IMG/VR virus record: IMGVR_UViG_3300044529_000082
Location: 1 to 64,000 of that record
Reading direction: 5' to 3' (one strand)
DNA: 64,000 nt
Source of the DNA: a virus
Below the pieces are notes generated by a model. It did no database searches. It was not told where the DNA came from and saw only the letters and a program-made list of their open reading frames with translations. The first letter of the stretch is position 1; the number at the start of each line of letters is the position of its first letter. This document shows positions 17,754 to 26,106 of this stretch, piece by piece. A program made the translations under genes and the position numbers.

Positions 17754-19070
17754 ATGAGCTTTTTCTGTGACGACCCTTCAGCAATTTCGGATATCGCATC
17801 AAAAGATACGGACCGCATAGTCGGGGTCATTGGCAAAGCGTTGGCTGCGAACGCACCCTACATGAACGTAGTTTCCGGCGGGACTTTCCCGTCCGGCACT
17901 TCTGACGCCATCCGCTCGGTGGTCCAGATGATGGCGGCCCCTGGCGACAGCTATGCGGTGCCGACCTTCGTTTGCGATACCGACATCTGCGGTCAGAACG
18001 GCGTGCAGGATTTGACTGACACGGTCGAATTCACCCTGCGCCTCGAATCCTTCCGCGGCCGCGGCCCGAACATCTGCGTCAAGAAAGGCTACTCGGCCTT
18101 CAAAGGCAGCTATGTCATGGCCGAGGACTCGCTGAAGAAAAACGTGGTCCAGTATATCAACGCGGATATCCGCGCGCAGACTTACCTCCGCAGCGCGAGC
18201 AAGTTCACTGCGAACGCGCACTACGACTTCAACAGCCTTTTCACCGGCGGTCTCGAAACCGACCTGGGCGTCAAATTCGCGCCCCTGTTGCCTACCGGCC
18301 CGATGACCTTCAAGGCGTTGCACTACATCGCCCGCTATATGCGCGAGGTGCTTTTCGCCGAGTGGTATTCTCAGGACAAGGGCATGCCGCATTTCCGTTT
18401 CATCGGCGGCAGCGACCAAATCGAATACTTCCGCAATGAAGTCGGCGTCCAGAACGTGATGATTGGTTTGACGACTGGTGGTTACCAGCTCGGCGAAACC
18501 ACTCTCACCGCTTACAGCTTCGAGCAGAGCCCCGCTTACCGCGGCCTCGCGTTCGGCGTTGACCAGCGGCCTCTCCGCGCTTCCGGTTTCAATCCGGACG
18601 GCACGCTGGCCCTGATTAACCCGGTTACCATCGTCAGCAACCCCGCTCGCGGCGTCGCTTTCGCCAAGCCTAATCCTACGTGGTTGACGGCCCCTTACGA
18701 GGTCGGCACCCTTTTCGCGGACGGCGCTTTCGAGCGGCTCGTGCCCGAAAAGTATGTGGGCGAAGGCTCGTTCAAGTTCGCGCCCCAGTTGCACATGGGC
18801 GAGCTGGAATGGCATTACATCATGGACAACCAGTGTAACCAGTGGGGTGACTTCGGTTGGCATAAATACCAAATCACTCGCGCCTATCGGCCTCTGCGCC
18901 CGCAGCACATCGTCCCCATTCTGTATGGGCGTTGCACTGCCGACCTGGGTCTGGTTAGCTGCATCACCACGGATGCCAGCTCCTACAGCGGCGCATTCAA
19001 CTACGTGCAGGTTGGCGTATGCGGTGACAACGAGTCGCCGGTTGTGGGTCCTGGCGTTCCGACGCTCTAA
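17754..19070 (+). CDS. Major capsid protein
   Basis: 438 aa with strong codon bias, its own promoter motif and terminator, and head-module position. Fold not verified. Confidence 0.7.
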   Translation: MSFFCDDPSAISDIASKDTDRIVGVIGKALAANAPYMNVVSGGTFPSGTSDAIRSVVQMMAAPGDSYAVPTFVCDTDICGQNGVQDLTDTVEFTLRLESFRGRGPNICVKKGYSAFKGSYVMAEDSLKKNVVQYINADIRAQTYLRSASKFTANAHYDFNSLFTGGLETDLGVKFAPLLPTGPMTFKALHYIARYMREVLFAEWYSQDKGMPHFRFIGGSDQIEYFRNEVGVQNVMIGLTTGGYQLGETTLTAYSFEQSPAYRGLAFGVDQRPLRASGFNPDGTLALINPVTIVSNPARGVAFAKPNPTWLTAPYEVGTLFADGAFERLVPEKYVGEGSFKFAPQLHMGELEWHYIMDNQCNQWGDFGWHKYQITRAYRPLRPQHIVPILYGRCTADLGLVSCITTDASSYSGAFNYVQVGVCGDNESPVVGPGVPTL

Positions 19071-19127
19071 TCCGGCACACATTACTTTGATGCTGTTTCT
19101 GACAGCATCGGGGTAGGGAACCAAAAC

Positions 19128-19160
19128 AAAGGGCCGGGGCACTTAGGCCCCGGCCCTTTT
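19128..19160 (+). terminator. Rho-independent terminator
   Basis: AAAGGGCCGGGGC-ACTTAG-GCCCCGGCCCTTTT. Confidence 0.85.
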
Positions 19161-19179
19161 AGCTTAGGTAGAAAAATTT

Positions 19180-20052
19180 ATGGCCATTGACAATCTCAGT
19201 CCTGCGCAGGGGGACACACAGTATAATCTCCTCTGGAAGCTCTTGAAGGGCTTCTATACTGGCACTTTTAGCAGCGGAGGCGGCGGAGGGGGCGGCGGCG
19301 CGGTTACTATCGCGGATGGCGCGGACGTCGCAGTAGGCGCCACTACTGATAGCCCAGCAACCAATACGGCTCTCCCCGGAACTGTAATGGGATGGCTGAA
19401 GGGAATAAGTTTTCTCCTTCAATCCGGGTCTTTTGAGGTCAAGCAAGCGAGCGCCCCACAACTGAATGCTACAGTGGTCCAGGGCAACGGCGCGAATTTG
19501 AATGCTACGGTGGTTCAAGCCGCGGCGGCCAATCTGAATGCTACGGTAGTTCAAGCCACGGCGGCCAATCTGAACGCGACGGTTATCGGCAATGTCGGCG
19601 GCTACACCACGGTAATTAAAGACACCACTGCGGTTAGCACGTCCCCCGCTTACTCGGCGGGCGACGCGGTCGGCGCGAAGCGCACCATTGCAAACGCGGT
19701 GCGCACCCAAGGAACCGGGGTCCTCGAATCAGTAACTATTCTTGACCGGGCAAACCAGAAAGCGGGAATGACGCTTTTCATTTTTGACGCGGACCCTTCG
19801 GCGGCGACAATTACGGACAACGCGGCTTTCGTGTTTAGCACGGATGACGTGAAGGTGATTGCGCAAGTCAACATTGCATCCAGTGACTACGTCACTACTA
19901 ACAGCAAAGCAGTGGCCCAGAAAACCGGTCTCGGCGTCGCGTTGAAAGTCGCCAGTGGGACAACGCTATACGCGGCCCTCGTCACGACCGGAACGCCTAC
20001 GTTTGCGGCTACGACTGACGTGCAACTGGAATACGGGATACTCCAGGATTAA
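19180..20052 (+). CDS. Virion structural (decoration/fibre-like) protein with 12-aa repeats
   Basis: Poly-Gly linker, four Q....(Q/N)LNATV repeats, beta-rich C-terminal domain. Confidence 0.6.
   Translation: MAIDNLSPAQGDTQYNLLWKLLKGFYTGTFSSGGGGGGGGAVTIADGADVAVGATTDSPATNTALPGTVMGWLKGISFLLQSGSFEVKQASAPQLNATVVQGNGANLNATVVQAAAANLNATVVQATAANLNATVIGNVGGYTTVIKDTTAVSTSPAYSAGDAVGAKRTIANAVRTQGTGVLESVTILDRANQKAGMTLFIFDADPSAATITDNAAFVFSTDDVKVIAQVNIASSDYVTTNSKAVAQKTGLGVALKVASGTTLYAALVTTGTPTFAATTDVQLEYGILQD
19444..19587 (+). repeat. 4 x 36-bp imperfect tandem repeat
   Basis: Encodes QASAPQLNATVV / QGNGANLNATVV / QAAAANLNATVV / QATAANLNATVI. Confidence 0.85.
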
Positions 20053-20276
20053 TGACAATTCAAGAGCATCATGTCCCCATAATTGCATCCGCGAATCTCG
20101 GCCTGGGTGGACTGTCCGTTCTGGTTTCTCAAATCGTCCCGCATCTTGCCACTATCGCGGTGCTGTTGCAGATAGCCGTGGCCGCGGTTTCGCTATGGCA
20201 GATGCTCAAGAAAAAATCGACCAATGAAAAAAACGTTCCCACAAATCCCGAAAGCCCGAAAACTAAATCCGATTGA
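20052..20276 (+). CDS. Holin-like small membrane protein
   Basis: Two hydrophobic segments and a basic C-terminus (KKKS). Confidence 0.5.
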   Translation: MTIQEHHVPIIASANLGLGGLSVLVSQIVPHLATIAVLLQIAVAAVSLWQMLKKKSTNEKNVPTNPESPKTKSD

Positions 20277-21468
20277 ATTGCGCGGTTCGACGGCTTGGCT
20301 AGGACTCACAAAAGGAAAGCGAACCCAGATAGACGCTGAAGACTTAGGTCGCGTAGCCGCCTTTCGGTGGAGCGTATCTTTGGCGGGTCCAGGAAAGCCT
20401 TACGCCAGGACGGCGTCCTCTGGCGAATCGATAGCGATGCATAGAATGCTGGCAGGAGCCTCTGCGGGAATGGACGTGGACCACATAAACGGAGATACGT
20501 TAGACAATCGAAAAGAAAATCTTCGGGTGAGCACGCACGCAGAAAACTGCCGTAATCAAAAACCAAGAGCCGCGCATGGTCTCAAGGGGGTCTCGTTTAA
20601 GCCCGCCGATAGCTCAGGAAAGCCTTGGGCAGCCACTTTGCATCTGGGGCATTTTTCTACAAAAGAATTGGCAGCCAGGGCTTATGACAAGGCCGCCGTG
20701 TTTTTCTGTGGAAAATTTGCTAGATTGAATTATCCAATAGCACTAGGTATTCTAATGCTGGGACTTACTGGTTGCGGAATTTTGCCTAAACGTGTAGAAT
20801 TTTTTCAGGACAAGGTCCAGAGGTTTCCTGTCCCGGCATCTAAGCAAATAGAATTGCAGCGCGAGGTAGCGCGCAAGGCCAATGACAAGGCAGCGGAGAC
20901 CCTGCATCAAGCCATCAAAGAGAATTCGAGCCCCACGCTCTTGGTGCCCGCGGCAGAGACCGAGAAATTAACGGCTGCGGTAGCGGAATCAGTCGGCGCT
21001 CCTGCCAAATCACCGGCCAAGCTGGAAACGGACGCGCTAATCACCGACCTGCGCGCGCAGATGGCGAAGCTCGATAATAAGGTGACGGAGTTCGTGAAAG
21101 ACAACAATGAAAACGCCGGAAAAAAGATTGAGGGAACGGGTCTGGTTCAAGTTCCTTATTTTGCTTGGACTGGCGGCATCCTGGTTTTTCTTCTTGTTGG
21201 CTGGTATATTCTGCGGACTGTGGCTGGGGCAGCCGCATTGGCCAACCCCGGAGCTGCCGTGGGTGTTGGTGCGATGAACGTCGCGGGCTCAGTTGTCAGC
21301 AAAGCTTTTCAGCAGGTTGTTAAAGGCGGCGAGGAGTTCAAGGACTGGGTAGGCAAGGAAATCAACGACCCGGCGCTAAAGCAAAAAGTTTTGGACGCGT
21401 TTACCGCCGCGCACAAGGAAACCCAGGACCAGGATGTTAAGAGCTTGGTGGACCACGTAATCAAATAA
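20224..21468 (+). CDS. HNH-AP2 endonuclease fused to a lipoprotein (spanin-like) with a C-proximal TM segment
   Basis: MHRM...VDHINGDTLDNRKENLR, AP2 segment AARAYDKAA...FARLNYP, then IALGILMLGLTGC lipobox, coiled coil and TM. Confidence 0.7.
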   Translation: MKKTFPQIPKARKLNPIELRGSTAWLGLTKGKRTQIDAEDLGRVAAFRWSVSLAGPGKPYARTASSGESIAMHRMLAGASAGMDVDHINGDTLDNRKENLRVSTHAENCRNQKPRAAHGLKGVSFKPADSSGKPWAATLHLGHFSTKELAARAYDKAAVFFCGKFARLNYPIALGILMLGLTGCGILPKRVEFFQDKVQRFPVPASKQIELQREVARKANDKAAETLHQAIKENSSPTLLVPAAETEKLTAAVAESVGAPAKSPAKLETDALITDLRAQMAKLDNKVTEFVKDNNENAGKKIEGTGLVQVPYFAWTGGILVFLLVGWYILRTVAGAAALANPGAAVGVGAMNVAGSVVSKAFQQVVKGGEEFKDWVGKEINDPALKQKVLDAFTAAHKETQDQDVKSLVDHVIK

Positions 21469-21471
21469 TTT

Positions 21472-22596
21472 ATGCCTGACGGAAATAACTGCACGAGCTG
21501 CGGAGACGGGGACCAAAATCCCAATCCGCTAGACGCGTGCACGCGAAGCTTCATGGGCTGCGACAACCCGTGCGCCATAACGCAGCAGAACACGGTCGCG
21601 TGTGAGTCTCTTCCCTCGCGCGTCGAGAACTTCACGAAGAACTTTTTCGGCGATGTCATTCGAACCGAAGTAAACGGTCAGGTCATTTGGTCGTTGCCGT
21701 GCGGGCTCGATATCGGCCTGCCGAGCAACCCGCGCGGCGCGGACGAAGGGCTCGCGTGCTATTTTCTGCGGCTGTTCAATGACGGTATCGTGGGCCTCAC
21801 CGGTCCCGCCGGGGCAGCGGGGGCTCAAGGTCCGGCGGGCCACAACGCTTACACCGTCACGCTCCAGGGATTCAACACCCCGGCGGTCGGCGGAAGTGTA
21901 ACGGTCTCGACATTCTACAATCCGGCCATGCTAGTGGGCGCCTACGTCCTAGTGGACACTTCGGGATGGTATATCATAACCGGCTCGAATGGCCTAGGCG
22001 TGCTCACTTTGCAACTCATTATCGCGGCGCCCGGCGCAGGATACACGACTGCGGGAAAGCTGGTCGTCCCCTCGGGGGCGCCCGGCCAGTCGATTACCGG
22101 CCCAAAAGGCGATATGGGAGATACCGGCCCGCGCGGCGGGGTCGGCCCGCAAGGCGCCACCGGCCCAAAGGGGGACACCGGTCCGGCCGGAGACAGCTTT
22201 CTCGCCAACAACGGCTATGTATCGGGCTCCGGCGGTAGCGACTTTAACATTCCGAACAACACATTTACCACGGTGAATTTTGGAACGGATTTCGGATTTG
22301 ACACCACCGCGCAGGGAACATATTTTGTGATTACAACGTTCGGAGTCGTCAACGGTTCTGCGTCTCCGGCGACCGCGACGTTCCAGCTTTTCAATGCAAC
22401 CGACTCAATTTCGCATCCGGGCTCGCAGTCTCAGGTTTATTTGCTGGCCGGGGAAGAGGCTTCCGTGACTGTCACTGACTTAATCGCTCCTACAGGAATA
22501 AATAAGCACATCGTATTGCAGGGGTCTTCGACAACGGCCGCAGCCAATTCAGTTGTCGCGGCGCACTCGGCGATGGTGCATTTCCAAATCGCGTAA
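21472..22596 (+). CDS. Collagen-repeat tail fibre protein 1
   Basis: G-X-Y tracts, Cys-rich N-terminal domain, beta-rich C-terminus. Confidence 0.7.
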   Translation: MPDGNNCTSCGDGDQNPNPLDACTRSFMGCDNPCAITQQNTVACESLPSRVENFTKNFFGDVIRTEVNGQVIWSLPCGLDIGLPSNPRGADEGLACYFLRLFNDGIVGLTGPAGAAGAQGPAGHNAYTVTLQGFNTPAVGGSVTVSTFYNPAMLVGAYVLVDTSGWYIITGSNGLGVLTLQLIIAAPGAGYTTAGKLVVPSGAPGQSITGPKGDMGDTGPRGGVGPQGATGPKGDTGPAGDSFLANNGYVSGSGGSDFNIPNNTFTTVNFGTDFGFDTTAQGTYFVITTFGVVNGSASPATATFQLFNATDSISHPGSQSQVYLLAGEEASVTVTDLIAPTGINKHIVLQGSSTTAAANSVVAAHSAMVHFQIA

Positions 22597-23751
22597 ATGA
22601 GCTGCAATCAAAATCCTCTTGACCCTTGCACTCGCAGCTTCATGCAATGCGATAATCCGTGCAACACTCACGAGCCGTGCAAGGAGTTGCTGCCGACCCA
22701 AATCGATACCTTTATCACGCAGTTTTTCGGGCAGCTTGGAAAGGCCAATTCAAACGGCTCTGTTGCATGGACGCTTCCCTGCGGATTAGACTCCGGCACA
22801 TCCGCGAATCCTCGGCAGGCAGGCGAGAGTTTGGCGTGCTATTTTCTCCGGCTCATGCAGGCCGGGCTGGCGGGAATCTCAGGTCTCCCAGGCGAGGACG
22901 GGCAGGCGGGCGTCCCCGGACCGGACGCCTTCACCTACACGGAGCAGGATTTTTCTCAGCCCAGTGTAGCCAGTCCCTACTTATCGGTGAAGCTGCATCC
23001 TTCCGCTTCGCTGGTAACCGGTCTATATGTGGAAATCGCCGGGTCGGGAATCTATCAGATTTTGAATCTCGCGGCGGACGGAACCGCGCTGCTTCAGCTC
23101 TTGACTGCGCTCGCCGCAGAGGGTTCTGTCATTCCTTCCGGCGCCACGGTCATAGCTTCCGGTTTTCCGGGCGTGCGTGTGCAAGGTCCACAAGGAGAAA
23201 AGGGCGACACCGGGCTTCAGGGGCCTCAAGGATTCATCGGCGCTACCGGGATAAAGGGCTCGCAGGGCGACCAAGGCGCCGAGGTTCCGTTAGTGAGTGG
23301 AAAATCGCTTTTTACTTCCGGCTCTTTTGTGGCCATTCCGAATACGGCTACCTGGGTCGCTCTGGCGTCTCCTCCTGATAGCCGATTTGTTGCGCCCACC
23401 ACAGATGCAGCGACGTATTTTGTCATATTCATATTGTTCCCCGGCTTGCTGGCCCAGGGAAGTTACCCTCCGGTCGCACACGGCGGTCTGCGGATGAAAA
23501 TCAAGAAATTTGATGGAGCGGTCGAGGTCGGAGACGAAGACGGAACACTGCGCTACTGGGAATATAACACCACCCAGATACCGATGCCGTCTGAGTTCGT
23601 TTTGCAGATTTATCGACAGTGTGTTATTCCTTTTTTTGCGGTAAATAACGCCGGAGAATCTGGAAACTGGATACCCTACTATTATAGCGAGGTTACCGGT
23701 GATGGTTACGCTGGGTCTAGGGGGTCCATGGCAATCTGGTTTAAATTATGA
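22597..23751 (+). CDS. Collagen-repeat tail fibre protein 2 (paralog)
   Basis: Shares NPLDxCTRSFMxCDNPC and LPCGLD...LACYFLRL with the upstream gene; G-X-Y tracts. Confidence 0.7.
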   Translation: MSCNQNPLDPCTRSFMQCDNPCNTHEPCKELLPTQIDTFITQFFGQLGKANSNGSVAWTLPCGLDSGTSANPRQAGESLACYFLRLMQAGLAGISGLPGEDGQAGVPGPDAFTYTEQDFSQPSVASPYLSVKLHPSASLVTGLYVEIAGSGIYQILNLAADGTALLQLLTALAAEGSVIPSGATVIASGFPGVRVQGPQGEKGDTGLQGPQGFIGATGIKGSQGDQGAEVPLVSGKSLFTSGSFVAIPNTATWVALASPPDSRFVAPTTDAATYFVIFILFPGLLAQGSYPPVAHGGLRMKIKKFDGAVEVGDEDGTLRYWEYNTTQIPMPSEFVLQIYRQCVIPFFAVNNAGESGNWIPYYYSEVTGDGYAGSRGSMAIWFKL

Positions 23752-23969
23752 GCGACCGAATGTCACAGAGCGTGGGAAAATGCACGCCAATAATTCGAGA
23801 CACGAAAGCTGGGTATTCGAACGACCCGAGCGTCCCCGCGCCGCACGTTGGCGGTTTGTTGTCGCATGACTGCAAGCGGGAGCGCGGCGGGACAAAGACG
23901 GCTGGGGTGAAGCCCTATGTCTTGACGGTCAAAAACATCGATAACGAGGAAATGTTGCCGCCTCTCTGA
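23748..23969 (+). CDS. Hypothetical protein
   Basis: ATGA-coupled ORF. Confidence 0.55.
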   Translation: MSDRMSQSVGKCTPIIRDTKAGYSNDPSVPAPHVGGLLSHDCKRERGGTKTAGVKPYVLTVKNIDNEEMLPPL

Positions 23970-23975
23970 TTTCCG

Positions 23976-23984
23976 GTAACTGTT
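23976..23984 (+). promoter_or_regulatory. GTAACTGTT motif
   Basis: ATG23993 is 8 nt downstream. Confidence 0.7.
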
Positions 23985-23992
23985 AATAGCGT

Positions 23993-24436
23993 ATGAGTGA
24001 AATTGATTTAGGCGTGTCGGCAAAAGACAAATATGAAATTTCCAGCCCCACGGAAATGGGCAAGGAAAAGGTATATCCGTGCTTCCATTACTGCGGTCCG
24101 GTCGAGCTTGATTTGCCGGACGAGGGTGAAATGACAATTCGGTTTCGCAAGAAGCGCGAAGCGTCCTCAGTCGAGGAAGACGGTTCGCACTGGTATGAAT
24201 GCGACATCGAAGTCCGCAAAATGCTGGGAGTTGATGGCGAGGAACCGGAGGCGGACGAGGCTCCCGCCAAGAGCTACGACGAGGCCGGGGACGCCCTGGA
24301 TTCTATTCGCGACCGGCTAGCAAAACATTTCGGCAAGGACGAAATCGAGGAAGAGCGGACCGGTGACGCGCTCGAAGAAATCAACGAAAAGTTGGCGGGA
24401 TTGTTGGAGAACGAGAAAAACGAAAGCTCGGACTGA
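23993..24436 (+). CDS. Acidic hypothetical protein
   Basis: ORF follows the motif and is coupled to the next gene. Confidence 0.65.
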   Translation: MSEIDLGVSAKDKYEISSPTEMGKEKVYPCFHYCGPVELDLPDEGEMTIRFRKKREASSVEEDGSHWYECDIEVRKMLGVDGEEPEADEAPAKSYDEAGDALDSIRDRLAKHFGKDEIEEERTGDALEEINEKLAGLLENEKNESSD

Positions 24437-25449
24437 TGTTCATTCTGGACGATATTTGGGACGAGGCTAAGCACATTATGGGCTCTTGCCCAGACACGCG
24501 CCTGCTTCGCTGGCTCAGCGATGCCGTCGCGTTGACCGCCAACAAGGCGGACCTCGACGGTCTTCGTGGATACTTGGACATATGCACGGTCGGATGCAAG
24601 TGTGGCGGATGTGGCGCGCAGGGCAGCACGTGTAATTCTCCGGCTGGGTGTGGTCGGAAGTGCGTCACCCTCCCGCGCGAAGTCGAGACGGTCATAGGAA
24701 TCCAAATTGGCGGGCAGCCGGTGCTTTTTCGTGGCGAGCTTTTCCAGTTCCATTTAAACGGGCCGGGAAGTTGCCGGACGATTTGCGAATGGGCCGCGGA
24801 TGACCGCGGGCACAATTTCTGCACGCTGCGAGACATAATCACGCCGTCGAAGCTTGTCGCATATCTCGATACCGACGAGGATAACGGGAAAAAGCTGCTC
24901 GTTTATGGATTTGACAAGAGCGGCGGCAAACTGAAGCGGCAGGTAAACGGAAGCTGGGTCGATGGATATCAGGTGCCCACCGTTTACGGGGCCGCCATCC
25001 CGGACGACACCGCGCCGGAGGTCGCGCGAATCACGAATATTTTCAAAGATAAGACAGTCGGTAATATGCGGTTGGCTACGGTGGACAGCTCCGGCACGAC
25101 CGGAATCAACCTCGGGATTTATGAACCCGACGAGCAGGTCCCAAATTATTGCAGGCTTCAATTGAACCGTAGCTGTAACTGGGTGCGGATTGCGTATCTG
25201 AAAACCAATCCGAATTTTCAGAGCCGGTATGACCACGTGCCGCTGCGGTCCCCGCGCTCTGTGCTTCTCGCGCTTCAGGCAATCAAGCACTATAGCGAGC
25301 GGGATTACGCTAACGCGCATCTGGTCGAAGCGGACGCTGCGCGGCTTGAAATCGAGGCCCAATTGAAGGCAGAACCTCCGACGTATAACCCCATCCAGGT
25401 GATTAACAATAGCTTACCTAGGGATTTTTACGACTACAGCATAGTTTAA
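24436..25449 (+). CDS. Head-tail adaptor / tail tubular protein A-like
   Basis: Size, position before the nozzle-like gene, helical N- and C-termini with a beta-rich core. Confidence 0.5.
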   Translation: MFILDDIWDEAKHIMGSCPDTRLLRWLSDAVALTANKADLDGLRGYLDICTVGCKCGGCGAQGSTCNSPAGCGRKCVTLPREVETVIGIQIGGQPVLFRGELFQFHLNGPGSCRTICEWAADDRGHNFCTLRDIITPSKLVAYLDTDEDNGKKLLVYGFDKSGGKLKRQVNGSWVDGYQVPTVYGAAIPDDTAPEVARITNIFKDKTVGNMRLATVDSSGTTGINLGIYEPDEQVPNYCRLQLNRSCNWVRIAYLKTNPNFQSRYDHVPLRSPRSVLLALQAIKHYSERDYANAHLVEADAARLEIEAQLKAEPPTYNPIQVINNSLPRDFYDYSIV

Positions 25450-25452
25450 CTA

Positions 25453-26106
25453 ATGATTACTTCACTGGACCAAACTTTGTTTTTTGCTTGGAATCTTTTG
25501 GGTCTAAAAGAAGACCCCAAAGGATTTGAAAAATTTTGTCATCGAATTAGACAAAATAGGACGCGAGAGTCTTGGAGTGAAGACCGGTGGCAGAAGCATT
25601 TTAAACAAACTGAAATCTGGAATAAAAACAACCCGGAGCAGCGTAAAAAAATAGCCAGAAAAAGCGCGGCAGAGATTCGCGGTCCGGCCACAAGAGTGCC
25701 GTTGACTCCGGAAGAAAGAAAACAATATCGGCGCGATTATGAAAATATTCGTCGGAGAACAGACCTTAATTGGAAGATTAAAAAATACGTTACCACAGAT
25801 ATTCTGCAAGCGTTAAAACGGACTAAAAGTAAAAAGCACGTCCGAACCGTCGCGCTTTTAGGATGTAGCATCGAAGAGTTTAAGCAAAAAATTGCATCGC
25901 AATTTACAGCCGCAATGTCTTGGAAAAATCACGGACCGGTTTGGCACCTTGACCATATTCGTCCGAAAAGGAGCTTTGATTTGAATGACCCCGCGCAGCA
26001 GGCTCAATGTTTTCATTGGTCGAATTGGCAATCGCTGAGCGCCTTCGAGAACCAAAGCAAGGGCGCGAAGTGGAACGGAGTTGACTGGAGGTTTCAGGAT
26101 GCCTGA
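25453..26106 (+). CDS. HNH homing endonuclease
   Basis: LLGCS...MSWKNHG..WHLDHIRP...CFHWSNWQSL..FENQSKG; AT-rich. Confidence 0.85.
   Translation: MITSLDQTLFFAWNLLGLKEDPKGFEKFCHRIRQNRTRESWSEDRWQKHFKQTEIWNKNNPEQRKKIARKSAAEIRGPATRVPLTPEERKQYRRDYENIRRRTDLNWKIKKYVTTDILQALKRTKSKKHVRTVALLGCSIEEFKQKIASQFTAAMSWKNHGPVWHLDHIRPKRSFDLNDPAQQAQCFHWSNWQSLSAFENQSKGAKWNGVDWRFQDA

Noticed and set aside
17799-19142. 447-aa antisense ORF over the capsid gene
   Set aside because: Shadow frame produced by the strong codon bias of a highly expressed gene; no motifs and no expression signals.
20236-20736. Group I intron or intein carrying the HNH domain
   Set aside because: No room for a ribozyme core and no C1/HN splice motifs; the frame is continuous.
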